Source: Camelus dromedarius | Lineage: Eukaryota | Direction of reading: 5' to 3' | Assembly: GCF_036321535.1 (NCBI RefSeq) | Contig: NC_087436.1 | Span: 80,788,001-80,852,000 of the forward strand | Length of the DNA stretch: 64,000 bases | Part shown: positions 25,590-38,820 of the stretch, piece after piece | Position numbering within the stretch: the first letter of the stretch is position 1 | Layout: every line of letters starts with the position of its first letter | Made by a program: the position numbers and the translations under genes | The notes under the pieces: generated by a model | Seen by the model: the letters and a program-made list of their open reading frames with translations, nothing else | Told to the model about the DNA's origin: nothing | The model's database searches: none

Positions 25590-25875
25590 TCTTTTTTAAT
25601 ATATTTTTACTGAAGTACAGTCAGTTCACAATGTTGCATCAATTTCTGGTGTACAGCACAATACCTCAGTCATGTAGGAATGTGCATACATTCATTCTCA
25701 TATTCTTTTTCATCATAAGTTACTACAAGATATTGAATATGGTTCCCTGTGCTATACAGTATAAACTTGTTGTTTATCTATTTTATATATACTAGTATCT
25801 GCGAATCTCGTACTCCTAATTTATCCCTTCCCACCCACTTCTGCCCCTGGTAACCATAAGTTTGTTTTCTGTTTC
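25590..25875 (-). mobile_element. L1 3' UTR fragment
   Basis: T-tract, 'actgaagtacagtcagttcacaatgttg', 'ccctgtgctatacagtataaacttg', 'ggtaaccataagtttgttttct'. Confidence 0.88.
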
Positions 25876-27529
25876 TCTTTTAAAAGAAGGAGGTGGTGAT
25901 ACTGAATTGACCATTAGTAATTCAGCACAGGAATGAAGCATTGGATCAAACTGGGAGATCTGGTAAGATTCAGACACTGAGAAGAGGCACTGGAGTCAAC
26001 AGCAAGAGTTTGAAAGCAAGAAAAAAGACTTGGGGAAATGTTGTGGCCTAAAGACAAGGCTGCATGTTGATGTTCAAGCAAGGCAAAAGGCATAATTACT
26101 GACCATGTAGGCCCTCCGTGACATATGCCAGAATGCCCATTCCATTCCTGGCTCCATGACCTCCTCTAAACACTCTGTGTTCAAGGCCTTCTTCTGTTCT
26201 TCCAGATGTTGAGCCCGATGTTCCTTTTTGCCCAGGGCACTTTCCTCTCATCTCATCATAGGGCGACCTCCATCTTATTTTTTAAATCTTAGCTCAGAAG
26301 CCTTTCCTTCAGAGAAAGAGCCACAGAATACTCATAACTAACTAGTCTCATACCACTCACAACTAGGGTGTTTCTGTACTCTATCATAGTGCCTTGATTA
26401 TTTACTTCTGAACTTCTAGGACAATAAACAATCACTTTATTGAAATTATTTTTAAATGAGTCTGTCATTAAATATAAAGAAAATAAACAAGAAAGCCCTT
26501 AAGGAAGAAATCATTGGTGGTTAACAGGCCAGTAGGGGAGCTGTTTAAATCCCTTGACTTTCCAGGATTCAGCAAATCATAACATTTTGGTAGCTGCTCC
26601 TCTACTTACAAAACACAGATAAGCATATGGATAAACATAATCTTCCTGTCATACACATGTGTGTATTGTTATTGTGTTCTTAGTTCAGAGTTTCAGATAA
26701 CTGCCATAAAGCATGGCACATTTGGATATGTCAATGACCATATGGTCAAAGTTCTTAAATTGCTAATTTGTTTATGAGTTCATTTTGCAAATACTTTGTG
26801 TATATCCAGTATCTCTTCAAAATTTCAAGCTCTCAAACTTCTTTGGTATTGAATTTATGTGGCAAATAGACGATGGTTGCTACCCTCCTTTGATGCCCCT
26901 GCTCACCAGGCTACAGTGACTGAGATTATAGCTGTGATATAATAGTTCATTTTATTTACTTTTCATTTTATAGAAGCAATACAAATAAAAACATAGAAGA
27001 AAACTTTTCAATTGTAGATTTCTTTAAGAAGAAATTCCCTACTTTACTGCATAGATGGGTGAGAATCTGGTCTACAGTATTGTTAGTGGTGGGGCTGTAA
27101 CTTCCATCTGTGTTACAGACTAAGACTTTCAATATATGTATTTAGTTCCAAAGACAATATATGGTAAAGCTGAATCCACCGGAAACAGATTCTGCTTCTA
27201 TAAAGACTAGGTTTCTATTTTTCCTTATTAGTTGGCACTGTGTAGATTGTATTTATTTGCAGATTCATGTGTTGAGTGTGTATAAACACACAGTTTGGTA
27301 TGAATTGATAATGCTGGTCTTGTGTAGTTATTTTTTTTCTTTTATCTTCTTTTGCTTCTCTTCTCAATTCCTTCATTGAGTAAGTCACCAAGTCCTACCC
27401 ATTCTACCTCTGCCAAGTCTCTCAGATAAACCTTTCATATTTGCATCTCTGTAGTATTAATAAGACCTCCTTGATGATCTCTTTCTTGGATGGTTGCAAT
27501 AAATTTCAGACACTTTTCCTTTGAATTTA

Positions 27530-27705
27530 TTTCTGAGCTGAGTCCTTACTAGGTGAATAACCTGGGGCTAGCTACCTAGTTTCTCTGAGATTCAGTTTAT
27601 ACTTTTGCAAAATGAACACAATCACACCAGCTTCATATTTTTGTTGGGAAAGAGTAAATGAGCAAATGTATGTAAGTGTTTAGCACTTCAGAAGTTCTCA
27701 ATAAG
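27530..27705 (+). mobile_element. MIR SINE
   Basis: 'ttctctgagattcagtttatacttttgcaaaatg...aaatgagcaaatgtatgtaagtgtttagcac'. Confidence 0.65.
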
Positions 27706-29704
27706 CGGAAGGGAAGGAAATATTTTTCATAGTAATCTGCCTTTCCATGTTCCATCTCCTTCCACGTTCCCAAATATAGTCTCTGCAGGAGTCAAACCAG
27801 ACCCCTCATTGTTCCTGAAATATGCCCATGTTTACCTGCTGACATTTTTATTTCCATCTGCTGACATCCAACTCAAGGTTTGAAGCCCATCTCACATACC
27901 CCCTGAACCCACACCCTTCATGGATTCTCACAGTTGGAAGTAATTTCTCCCTTCTCTGCACTCACACAATCAGGCCTTGTGTTTTCCCTAGGCTATCCCC
28001 ATTCAAGCTATTCTGAATGTCCCCTAAGTTGTTTGCAGGCTCCTTTCCCTTCTTCCAGCAAATGAGAGGGTGACAGAGGAGTACTTTTAGAGCTTTCATC
28101 CTTAAGATCCAACAGACCACAGAAATAGATGTCTCCGTTGGTTTAAGTGTGGAGAGGCCATGTACTTCCAAGACATCATTCTGTAACGACTGCCCCCCCA
28201 AAACCAGATATAGCAGCCAGCCTGTTGTCTGGAGCTTTCTCTGCACATGCCCAATTTCATCTGTTGCTCCTTTGGTGCCCTGTTGTATCAACTCTTCTTT
28301 CAGCAACTCCCTAAGTTTCTATTTGGTCTCAGTACGTAAGTAGTGAGACTGTCTTTTTTCCCTGCTCTTTCTTTTCCCATTTAGACCAAACTCCTGGGTC
28401 AGTACTTAATCATAGCAAGTGCTTTCACCTACTGCACCTCTACTTGACTTCAGCAGTTAGGATTCCTGTCTAGGGGAGTAACGCACATAACCCCTAGCAT
28501 TTAGTTAAATCTTTAATACTGTTAATTGTCCCTTGCCCTTGCACTACCTAATTATGCCCCAGAAGTTTATCCTTCCTCTGCTGCCATTAATTACTCCTAA
28601 TTAGAACTAGACTTCTCCTCTTTCCAGGCTTCATCTGCTTCTGCACTCCCATTATTCCCACTCGTCTAGGAATTCTATGCCAAACGTTTGGAAATAAGCA
28701 GTCTTTATACATTGCACTTCTCACGTGCGATACTTATCATATTCAGCCCCTATTTATGGGTAGTAATGATTTTTAAAAATAACTCTTATTTATTATAAAC
28801 TTTTGAGAGTAGGGACAGAATATTAAATACCTTTATATTCCCCACAGTGTCTTCCTTAGTGCTTGACAAATAATAGGTGTTAAATAAAACACATGTCTAA
28901 TGAATGGGCAGAAATGATTATGATTATGACTCAGGTTTGAAGATGTTTATTGTGTATAACATGGAATTGTTTCATTTATTACTGTCCTTTACTTTTTTTC
29001 CCAGCTAACAAACACTTGGTTTTGACCTAGAACTTTTCAATATAGACACATGGACTTTCAGGGCTGAGAGAAATTGCTGCGTGCCTCATCTTTCAAGCAC
29101 TGAGAGGGAAAATCTATACTTGGAATATCATTTCCTTTTCCTTTCTTACATTTCTTACTCAGCTAAGACTGAGGCAGGTGGTGACAGGCTGCCCTGGAAA
29201 GTTCACTGAGGGCTGAGACAGTGACATTAGGGAAATGTCAGATGACTTCTAGAGTCATCTTCAAAGGAATCCCACTGCAGGCTCATGCACATGGCAGATA
29301 GTGCTTGTCCTTGCTGCTCCTGCAGTCAGGCTGTACCTGCTCATTTCAGCAACACTGAGTAGTTCTCTGGAGAGACTAACAGTGTAGATTTGTCAGGTTT
29401 CATAATTAAAAATGCTTGAAACTCATGCTAATTTTAGCCAGCTTTGTAGCTCTACGGTGATATCTAAAGTGACAGGTAAATTAAGTGGAATGGAGAGATG
29501 ATTATAGCCAAGAGGTGATACAACAATAATGAAAACTAATAAAATGACTAAATAACTCACTGTTTTCATGTCAACAAGGAAGCAGTTTTATGATATTGTT
29601 CTAGGTATAAGACAAAATTATGGACTAGATTGTGTACTTTTTTCATAATTTGGTTTTAAATTCTTTCCTTCTTGGGGTCCTTTAAGCTCCTTCAGCTTCC
29701 TATT

Positions 29705-29756
29705 TGTGTGTGTGTGTTTGTGTGTGCACGCACACATGTGTGCACACGCATGTGTA
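29705..29756 (+). repeat. Imperfect (TG)n/(CA)n alternating purine-pyrimidine tract
   Basis: Read directly. Confidence 0.8.
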
Positions 29757-30568
29757 TTTATTTCTTTCCTTGCCAAGCATATTTGAGGGTTTAGGGCTTG
29801 CAATACTTTTGACTAGTTGCACAGCATACAAGTCAGGAGTTGCACTCTTGGCAGACATAAATTTGTGGGAAACGAGATTACGAGATTCTGTTCTTTTGAA
29901 TTGACTATTAAAGCCCTTGATGTACTTGTATGTGCATGCACCAGTTAGAATTTTTGGGCTTTGTGTGTATATCCAAGGAAGGGGGAACCTTTAAAAGAGA
30001 AAGAAAAGAAAGACGTATTTGTAGTCATAACAACATACATAGTACTCTAAATGAATAAGAGCCTTATAGATGTCATATATTCTATGCTTTAGTTTTACAT
30101 AGTGTGAAGTTGCGAGGAACAAAGTTTATCCCCTGAAAAAGACTGCTTTCAAAAGAGATCCAGTGATCTACCTTGGTAGAGCCAATGCTCCAAGTGTTGA
30201 AGTTGCTGTCATGAGAGTAAAATTTTCTCTATTTTCACATTTTTGGTGAGCCCTTGTCAATATGTCTACTTCCAAATCTTAGTTCATGAAATGAATTCTC
30301 CAGTTGTCATATCACAAATTAGAGGTTATAGTCAACTTTCCATTGATGGGGGAAGTATGTTTGGGAAAATAAATTTGCACAGAAGCAGAAGGACTTCAAG
30401 CTATTTACCTTTATTAAGCCAATGTAGTGTTTCATTTTAACATGTGAACCAATACCTAAGTTTCACTAAATATTTAAGAAATGTAAACAACACAAAAGAG
30501 TATGACCAAGATGAAAAAACAGAAAAATGAAACCAGAAAAAAACAGAGGAAATGCAAGGAGCTGAAAA

Positions 30569-30608
30569 CCAACCAACCAACCAGCCAACCAACCAACCAA
30601 ACAAACAA
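30569..30608 (+). repeat. (CCAA)n/(CAAA)n tetranucleotide repeat
   Basis: Read directly. Confidence 0.85.
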
Positions 30609-30627
30609 AATACTTCATGAATTGTAA

Positions 30628-30909
30628 ATACAGAACAGAAATAGACTCATAGACACAGAATACAGACTTGTGGTTGCCAGGGGGGTGGTGGGTGGGAAGA
30701 GATAGACTGGGATTTCAAAATTGTAGAATAGATAAATAAGATTATACTGTATAGCACAGGGAAATATATACAAGATCCTATGGTAGCTCACAGAGAAAGG
30801 AATATGACAATATATATATGTTCATGTATAATTGAAAAATTGTGCTCTACACTGGAATTTGACACAACATTGTAAAATGATTATAAATCAATAAAAAAAG
30901 TTAAAAAAA
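30628..30909 (+). mobile_element. Young L1 3' UTR fragment with perfect 16-bp TSD
   Basis: TSD acttcatgaattgtaa at 30612-30627 and 30910-30925; AATAAA + A-tail; same family as 33691 and 56863. Confidence 0.93.
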
Positions 30910-32487
30910 ACTTCATGAATTGTAATTTATATCCTTAGAGAAATCTGTGAAGGCAATGCATCCATAAAATAAAACCAGCTTTTATGAGAAATGATCATTA
31001 GATATTAACAAATGTTCTTGGAAATTTAAAAAATGTGATTGGTAAAATAAAGAAAAATTCAGTAGAAACTCTGGAAAATAAAATCAATGAATTCTTCAGA
31101 GGGTAAGGAATAAATGGAAAATATAATGGTAGATTTAACAGACAACAGTTACTGCTCCAGAAAGTCTAATATGCATCTAAAAAAAGAAAGAGAATAATAA
31201 AAATAAGAAATATGAGGACATTTCTTAGATCTGAAGAAAGAAATGTGTCTTCAATTTGAAAGTGTCTTCTGAAGTTAATCAGATTGAATTTATTTTAAGA
31301 AACACACTTAGGTATATTTTTGAGGGATTTCTCAACAACAGGGATAAAAAATTCTTATAACTTTCAGAAATTAGAAAATATATATACAAAGATATGACAA
31401 TCAGATTTATACTAGATTTCTTTCTTTTCAATTGCTAATGTACTGAGAGTTCTGATGAAATGTGATTTTGCACACAGAATTCTGTTTTACAGTCTGCAGG
31501 GATTCAGATAGTCTTTCTACCACTAATCTTTCTCAGGGGTGGGGAAGGGAGGAACCATTTGAGTATTATTCCAGGAGCAAGAGATTAAAAATAAATCCAA
31601 GAAAAGAGAAGAATATTTGCTAGGAAACAGAAGAACTAGCCAGGAGAATAATAAAAAGAAATCCCAGGATGAGAGATGTACAGCAGTTGTAGAAAGTAAT
31701 CAGTCCAAATTAGAAGAGGAAGGCAGAGGCTCCTTTAAGGCCACGTTTTAGAAAGATAAGATACAATCTGTTCTATCGACAATATGATTGAAAAATTGGA
31801 AGTTCTTAATAATACAGTGAATAAAAATATCTCTTGCAAAAGAGAAGAGGAGCAAATTGAAAGTCAAATAAAAGAAGCAAATATGCAAGAAAGTCATGGT
31901 TCCAAATATGTTGCAAATAAAAACTGAGTGATTTTGAGCACTTGGAGGAGTAAGGGGAGAGAGAATTCATTTGATCTTGATGTGTGCAACATTCTACTAG
32001 CAGCAAGGGTTTAGTGCACTTTCTTTATGGGTCTATTCAATTAATTAGTTTTAGAATTAATAGTAATTACATAATTATCATGTTGTAAATACTGTTTCTT
32101 AGGTTCTAATTTTACAAATGAAACACTGAAATTTTAATTATGATTACAGAATGGGATGTAAAGCTTGTAAACCTTGACAATATATGCGTGATGATGAAGC
32201 TGACAGCTATCAGGAGATGAAGAGAGGATTAGCGTAGAGTCGTATTTAATAAGTTGTTAAGACATAGTAGCTAAAGTTGAAAGAGCAAGAAAAAATTTAA
32301 GTATGTAACTTTCTAGGTGTAATAGGTGGAAAAACTAAAAATTAAAAATATAACCAATACACCTAAGCCATGAGGAGTAGGGGGAGGAGAAAGGAAAATA
32401 GGAATAATGGGAACTAGTTCTTAGTAAAGGCAATTGGTATCATCCCCAATCATAAAGAAAGCACATGGATAAAGTTGCTAAACCAAA

Positions 32488-32991
32488 TGTGATAGTTAAT
32501 TTTATGTGTCAGCTTGACTGGCAATGGAGTGCCTAGAAATTTGATCAAACATCATTCTTTGTGTTTCTGTGAGGATGTCTTTGGGTGTGATTGACACTTA
32601 AATTATTTGGTGGAATAAAATGGATTGCCCTCTCTAATGTAGGTGGGCCTCATCCAGTCAGTTGAAGGCCTGTCTAGAACAAAAAGGCTGACACCTCTCT
32701 TGAGTGCCTGGCTGTCTTTGAAACAAGGCATTGTGGTGTTTTTTGTTTGTTTGTTTGTTTGTTTGTTTGTTTTGCCTTTGGACTCCAACTGAGACATCAG
32801 CTCATCCTACTTCTTGTGCCTGCCAGACTTTAGATTAAAACTAAACTATCACTTGTTGACTTACAGACCTTTGGAACTTGTTAGAGTCCATAATCATGTG
32901 AGCTAATTCCTTATAATAAAGCTCTATTTATCTGTCTATCCATTCAGTCAGTCTGTTGGATATGTTTCTCTCAAGAACCCCAACTGATATA
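32488..32991 (+). mobile_element. MLT2 (ERVL) solo LTR
   Basis: Starts tgtgatagttaattttatgtgtcagcttgactgg, ends agaaccccaactgatata; AATAAA near 32915; 5-bp flanks ccaaa/ccaag; internal (GTTT)n. Confidence 0.9.
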
Positions 32992-33305
32992 CCAAGAAAT
33001 AGAGGTATATACATTTCATTTAGTCTTATGGTAAGACCACCAGAAGAGCTAAAAACCAAAATGAGAACTTCTAAAGAATGGGACTCAGAGAAGGGGATTT
33101 AGATGGGGAGACTAGATTTGTATGCTGTTATAGTTTTACTTTCTCCTGTGCATGTATTACTTTATTTACTTTATAAAAATAGTGAAATACTGTGCTTAAA
33201 GAAGTATATATTCTGAAATTATGAATTGTGTTCCTGACATTTTTGAAATGTTAGCTTTCAAATTTTTAATAAAAATATCATATAAACAACTAGTCATATA
33301 TAAGA

Positions 33306-34915
33306 TGTCAAAGAGCATAATGCCTGTGTTTTCTTCTTAGAGTTTTATGGTTTCACGTCTCACATTTAAGTGTTTAATTCATTTTGAGTTTATTTTTGTA
33401 TACATGTAAAAAAAGTGATATGGTTTCATTTTTTTCCCCATGTAGCTGTCCAGTGTTACCAACATCATTTATTGAAGAGATGATTGTTTTCCCATTGTAT
33501 ATTCTTGCCTACTCTATGGTAGATTAGTTGACCATATAAATGTAGGTTTATTTCTAGGCTATCTATTTTGTTCTCTTAATCTGTATGTCTGTTTTTGTGT
33601 CAGTACCATACTGTTCTGATTATTGTAGCTTTGTAGTGTAGTTTGAAACCAGGGCGTATGATACCTCCAGCTTTCTTCTTCTTCTTCTTCTTTTTTTTTT
33701 TAACATTTTTTATTGATTTATAATCATTTTACAATGTTGTGGCAAATTCCAGTGTAGAGCACAGTTTTTCAGTTATACATGAACATATATATATATTCAT
33801 TGTCACATTTTTTTTCTCTGTAAGCTACCATAAGATCTTGTATATATTTCCCTGTGCTATACAGTATAAATTTGTTTATCTGTTCTACATTTTGAAATCC
33901 CAATCTATCCCTTCGAACCCCCCACCCCCTTGGCAACCACAAGTTTGTATTCTATGTCTATGAGTCTGTTTCTGTTTTGTCTTTATGTTTTGTTTGTATT
34001 CTTCTTTTTTAAGATTGTTTTGACTATTCATGGCCTTTTGTGGTTCCATACAAATTTTAGGACTATTTGTTCTAGTTCTGTGAAAAATGCCACAGGTATT
34101 TTGATATGAATTTAATCGAATCTTTATATTGCTTTGGGTGATATAGACATTTTAACCCTTGTGCACTGTTGGTGGGAATATAAATTGGTGTAGCCACTAT
34201 GGAAAACAGTATGGAGATTCCTCAAAAAATTAAAAATTGGACTATCATATGATCCAGCAGTTCCACTTCCACATATTTGTCTGAAGAAATAGAAAACACT
34301 AATTTGAAAAAGTATATTCACTCCAATGTTCACTGTAGCATTTTTTAAATAGCCAAGATATGAAAGCAACATAAATGTCCATTGTTAAGGGAATGGATAA
34401 AGAAGATGTATACATGTACAATGGAATAATACTCAATTATTAAAAAAATGAAATTTTGCCATTTGCAACAACATGAATGGACCTAGAGGGTATTATGCTA
34501 AGTGAAATAAATCAAACAGAGAAAGACAAACACCATATGATATCACTTATATGTGGAGTCTGAAAAACAAAACAAGTGAACAAACAAAACAAATGAACTA
34601 ACAAAACAAAACACAAACAGATTTATAGTTACTGAGAACAAACTGGTGGTTTGTGGAGGTTTAGGGGAAGGGGGATTGGGAGAAAAACATGAAGAGGATT
34701 AAGGGGTATAAATTTCCAGATATACAGTGAGTAAATAATGGGAGATGTATTGTACAACATTGGAAATAAAGCCAGTAATATTGTAATAACTTTGTATAGT
34801 GGCAGATGTTAACTAGACATCATGGTAATCATTTCATAATGTATAAAAATATTGAATCACTATGCTGTACACCTGAAACTAATATAGTCTTGTAAGTCAA
34901 TTATACTTCAATAAT
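33306..34915 (+). mobile_element. LINE-1 with inverted 5' segment (33306-34155 antisense, 34154-34915 sense)
   Basis: Orientation switches at 'gacattttaac|ccttgtgcactgttgg'; both halves match parts of the L1 at 4389-6044; 'ataagatg' on both flanks. Confidence 0.88.
33691..33998 (-). mobile_element. Young L1 3' UTR fragment nested in the inverted L1
   Basis: Poly-T then near reverse complement of 30628-30909; 'ttcttcttttt' on both sides. Confidence 0.9.
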
Positions 34916-35205
34916 AAGATGAAAGTTCCCCTTCAAAAAACAAATAATAAAAAGGCCAAAGAAAAAATACAATATGATGATCTACATTGTCTTGGTTCTT
35001 TTACACATACCTAGAAACTTAGAAGAATAAAGAATGAAAAGGGAAGTGAAAACATATTTGCTCAAAAATTGCTTCAGTAAAACTGATGATGCATATCTTT
35101 AAAACAAAATATCACATCAAATTCAAGTTGCTTGAATTATTAATTTTTAACTTCATAAAATCACATACATTGTGAAACTGAAAAAGAGTTACAATTTAAA
35201 GTAGT

Positions 35206-36185
35206 GAACTTGAATTTATAAGGCACTTACATGATTATATTTCCAACAAGCCTGGACAGGTAAACATCTCTGAACGTGTTAATTCATTTCTCCTACATAT
35301 GTTAGCTATTGTGTAGGTGGAGACTGATACTGAATAAGTTGCTTCTCTTATTAAACCACATTGTATATAAGTGCTGTAAAGCAATGGTTATATCGGACTG
35401 GAATGTGGTAAAAGAGTTGAACTGAGGAAATACAGATTTCAAGGTGGTTTTGCTGTGTCATTAAGCACATCACATTTAGCATAGTAATATGGCAGATTTG
35501 AATAAAAAGGTCAGTATGAAACTGTCAGAAAAAGCATTAGTTAGCAATAAATCAGTAAGTGTTAGACTAGGATGCATCAGTGGAAACTGAAATGCTATAA
35601 AAATGGGCAGTGGACTGTTGATAGGTGTATTTCTGATGTGGTACTTCTGTCCTCAAGTCCAGAATTATTGTTGTCCTAGAGGTCTTGGAAAAGCTGGGGC
35701 AACTAACTCCCTTGTGAATCTGGACGTCTTCAACTGATAGATTCCTTGTACTGTCTGAGTCAAACCATAATATCTAGTGGAGATATGGGTATGCAAGTAA
35801 TCTGGGTACCTCTTATCCATTTTAGGCACCTGTGTGGCACATAATGCATTTCAGTAAGAAGAAGAACAACAAAAAAACCTTAGGAAAATCCCAGTGCCAT
35901 GCCCACCCTAGGAACTTGAATTTATAAGGCATATATGTGATCAGATCCTCTAATGAGCCTGATCAAGGAGTTAATTGTTCATTCCTCCTAATTAAATGGA
36001 CTGTTCTGTAGTTAGAGGTTTTTTGAATACATTGCTTCTCCTATTAAGTCACATTGTATCCGAGTGCTATAAAGCAGTGGCTATATGGGGATCAGAAAGG
36101 TGTGATAATTGCTATCACTGTGAGGAGATGTCTGTTACAAATGTTCTACTTTAGACTTCAGGATTTGCTGGTCATGAACATACCA
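35206..36185 (+). repeat. Diverged local direct duplication (about 35206-35470 and 35912-36185)
   Basis: Exact 20-mer gaacttgaatttataaggca at 35206 and 35912; aligned block ttgcttctc.tattaa..cacattgtat...agtgct.taaagca.tgg.tatat at about 35339 and 36032. Confidence 0.85.
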
Positions 36186-38112
36186 AGTTGCACATGAAGG
36201 GGATTTATTATGACCTTATCTTGTACCCTTGATTCTGCCTGCTCTAAGCTGGTATTGCTTCATCTTACAGCTCTTACACGAATGTCTAGTTTTCTTACTT
36301 CCAGCCACCATTCCTGATCCCAGAGCGTCAACTGTTAGAAAATCCCAGTTGTGTTGAAACCATTCTTGAGGATGCTATTGAATCCCTTGTAGCAAAGGGC
36401 TGTGAGATTTGGTGTGAAAATATCATTACAAATAGAAATAATAAAATCTGACTTTACTATAAAAGTTTAGTATTGAGTAGCCTTCCTGAACACAGTCAGC
36501 AATTATGTGTGTGACATGTTTCTGTGCATGGTGTTGCTTCCTCAAGGCATCAATCATTTTGCTCCCAGATTTCTTCTGACAAGGTCTTTCACTCCTGTAG
36601 CTGAATTTTTCTGCTCTTTCTTATCTTAAAAGACAAGGTAAAATTGAGTACAAGAGATAAGGCTGTTTGGATAGGCACACATGGTAACATTGATTTTACT
36701 TCATGGTGATACATCTGTTCTAGGTAGAATGGTTACATGATCTAATCAAAGTTCATACTGAATGCAAGGTCCTTTGAGAATTCAAGAACTATTGTAAAGA
36801 AAAATACTGCTTTGAAAATATCACTGTTTCAATTCCCTATTTCTTTCACATGTTGGAAAAACAATATTTAAGAAATAGAGTAAATTAGTGTGAAATTTTG
36901 CTAAGTGAATCCTATTTGAACAAACAAAGTTTTTTCCTTTGGTAGTGGAATGGTTTTCTAGCATGCCCCTTCTCAGCCCCTTCCATTTCCCCATTAACCA
37001 TGGCTTCTCATCTAGAGATAGGATCATCCCCAATGTAGGGGCCCAACTTCTTTGATACATTCTGCATTTCTCTTTACTCACCAATCTATCTCTTTCTCTT
37101 TCTCCGTATTTTTATCTTTTTTTCCTATACGATAAGCCAGTCTTGCTTTAGTCATGGTGTAAGTATTCAGACCTGAAACCAAAAATATTTAGTAGACATC
37201 AACTATTTAAGCAACTCTTATTAACTTATCAAGTTCTGGCAATTTATTAGTGCCTGTCCCTAAATCACTGGTCTCCAAACTACAGCCCTTGGTCTATAGG
37301 TAACCTTAAAAATAACATTGTGCATAGAACAGCTATTTATAATTTAAAATGTTTATCTGACATGACATATGTTCCTATTATAAGACTGCACAGGCTAACT
37401 AAAAGATTATTTATCTTTGGCTGAAGATACATTAATTCCTCGTGGTAACACAAATGACCTCATATGGATGACAAGCTCCAATTATATGAATGTTGGGAAT
37501 ATCTTATTGCATATTTAGCTGATTAGGTCATGCATAATAAAAATGGGAAAATGCACTAATTATTATCTAGTCCAAATTTGCAGAAGTGTTGACTAAGGAG
37601 AATATTCTGAGGCCATAGAACATGGAAAGCCAGTATTCTAGAGAGCTTTATTTGTCTTAGCCTCCCAGAAGCAGGATCAGTGCCTTTGAATGTGATTTTC
37701 CTCCCTTGATCCCTTATTCAGATGTTCACAGACAGATGGTTTTCCAAAAAGTATTTCTCAACATCACTATGGTAAATTCCATCTTTAAAACGTAGATGAA
37801 TCTAAGAAAATGGTATAATGATGATGTGATGATGTGATTTATTATTTTGAAGAAAAGCCATCCTTTCATAGAAGCATACTTGAGATGAAGTGTAATTGTG
37901 GTTCATTAAACATTGATTGAGGAAACTCTTGCCACACATTAATGGATGGAATTCCCTGCTCCCATTTTATTCTGGAACATGAACCGAGACATAAAAAAAT
38001 AAAAGAATTCCTTCTGTTCAGGGAACTTCTTGCACTTTTATATAGTCTTACACTCTTACTAAGACACTTCTGCTGTGCCTTTTTCATTAATAAAGAGGAA
38101 TGGGTTGTGTGT

Positions 38113-38150
38113 GCCCTGCTAGCTCAGTCGGTAGAACATGAGACTCTTAA
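38113..38150 (+). pseudogene. 5'-half tRNA-Lys(CTT) tailless retropseudogene
   Basis: gccctgctagctcagtcggtagaacatgagactcttaa matches 36/38 of nt 1-38 of mammalian tRNA-Lys-CTT as recalled; ends in the anticodon loop; flanking direct repeats taaagaggaatgg / taaagaggggtgg. Confidence 0.88.
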
Positions 38151-38509
38151 AGAGGGGTGGCATATTAATATAAAACAAACATCTTGGAAAAATTACATTT
38201 CTTTATACAATATAAAATGGCTTGGTGAGAAAGCCAAGAATCTCCTTGTATATGTATCTCTTTTCATTAGGGCTCTTTGAAATAGTGGCCATCTTTATTA
38301 AATTTAGCTCTAAGCTTATTTTAAAATTAGGAAATACTGCTTAAAAAGAAAGTGATAATGAAAACAAAAGATCTGCCACAAAATGTATGGATTATAAGTC
38401 CTCAGCATATGATCATCACCTGTACATCACCTAACTTAAGATTTCAAAGCATCTCTGCCTCCTGTGTGAAAATAAAATTGTTGGCAGTCTTATGTTTTTG
38501 TTTCTAAGC

Positions 38510-38820
38510 TTTTTAGTTTGGGATAATTTTATATTTACAGAGAAGTTACAAAAGTAGTACAGAGATTTCCAGCACACCCTTCACCCAACCAGCTTCCTCT
38601 AATGTTAATATTTTACATAACTATGGTACATTTGTCAAGACTAAGAGATTAAAGTTGGTATATTATTGTAACTAAACTCCAGAGTTTATTTGGATATACC
38701 AGTTTTTCCAGCACCATCTTTTTCTTTTCCAGAATCCATTCAAGGATACCACATTGTACTTATTCATTATGTTTCCTTAGCCATCTCTGGTCTGTAACAG
38801 TTTGTTTTCCATAAACTTGA
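38510..38820 (-). mobile_element. Old L1 (L1MB/MC-type) 3' end
   Basis: 'ataattttatatttacagagaagttacaaaagtagtacagag...cccttcaccca...ttacataactatggtacatttgtcaagactaaga'. Confidence 0.8.

Larger units (their letters stand above)
30450..33180 (+). mobile_element. Old HAL1/L1ME-type element (ORF1-like region and 3' part) carrying nested L1 and MLT2 insertions
   Basis: A-rich ORF1-like text 'ttcttggaaatttaaaaaatgtgattggtaaaataaag...ctggaaaataaaatcaatgaa' and 'aaatcccaggatgagagatgtacagcag...cagtccaaattagaagagga', recalled as HAL1. Confidence 0.65.

Noticed and set aside
27962..28306. 114-aa minus-strand ORF with a faint gag-like look (RELLKEELIQQG)
   Set aside because: The resemblance is too weak to support, and I identified no flanking LTR or other retroviral motif. 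A profile search would be needed.
35376..35385. TAAGTGCT miR-302-like seed in the duplicated block
   Set aside because: The second copy reads CGAGTGCT, and the surroundings do not form a long pre-miRNA-type stem.
38113..38190. Functional tRNA-Lys gene
   Set aside because: The 3' half (T-arm/B box, acceptor 3' strand) is absent.
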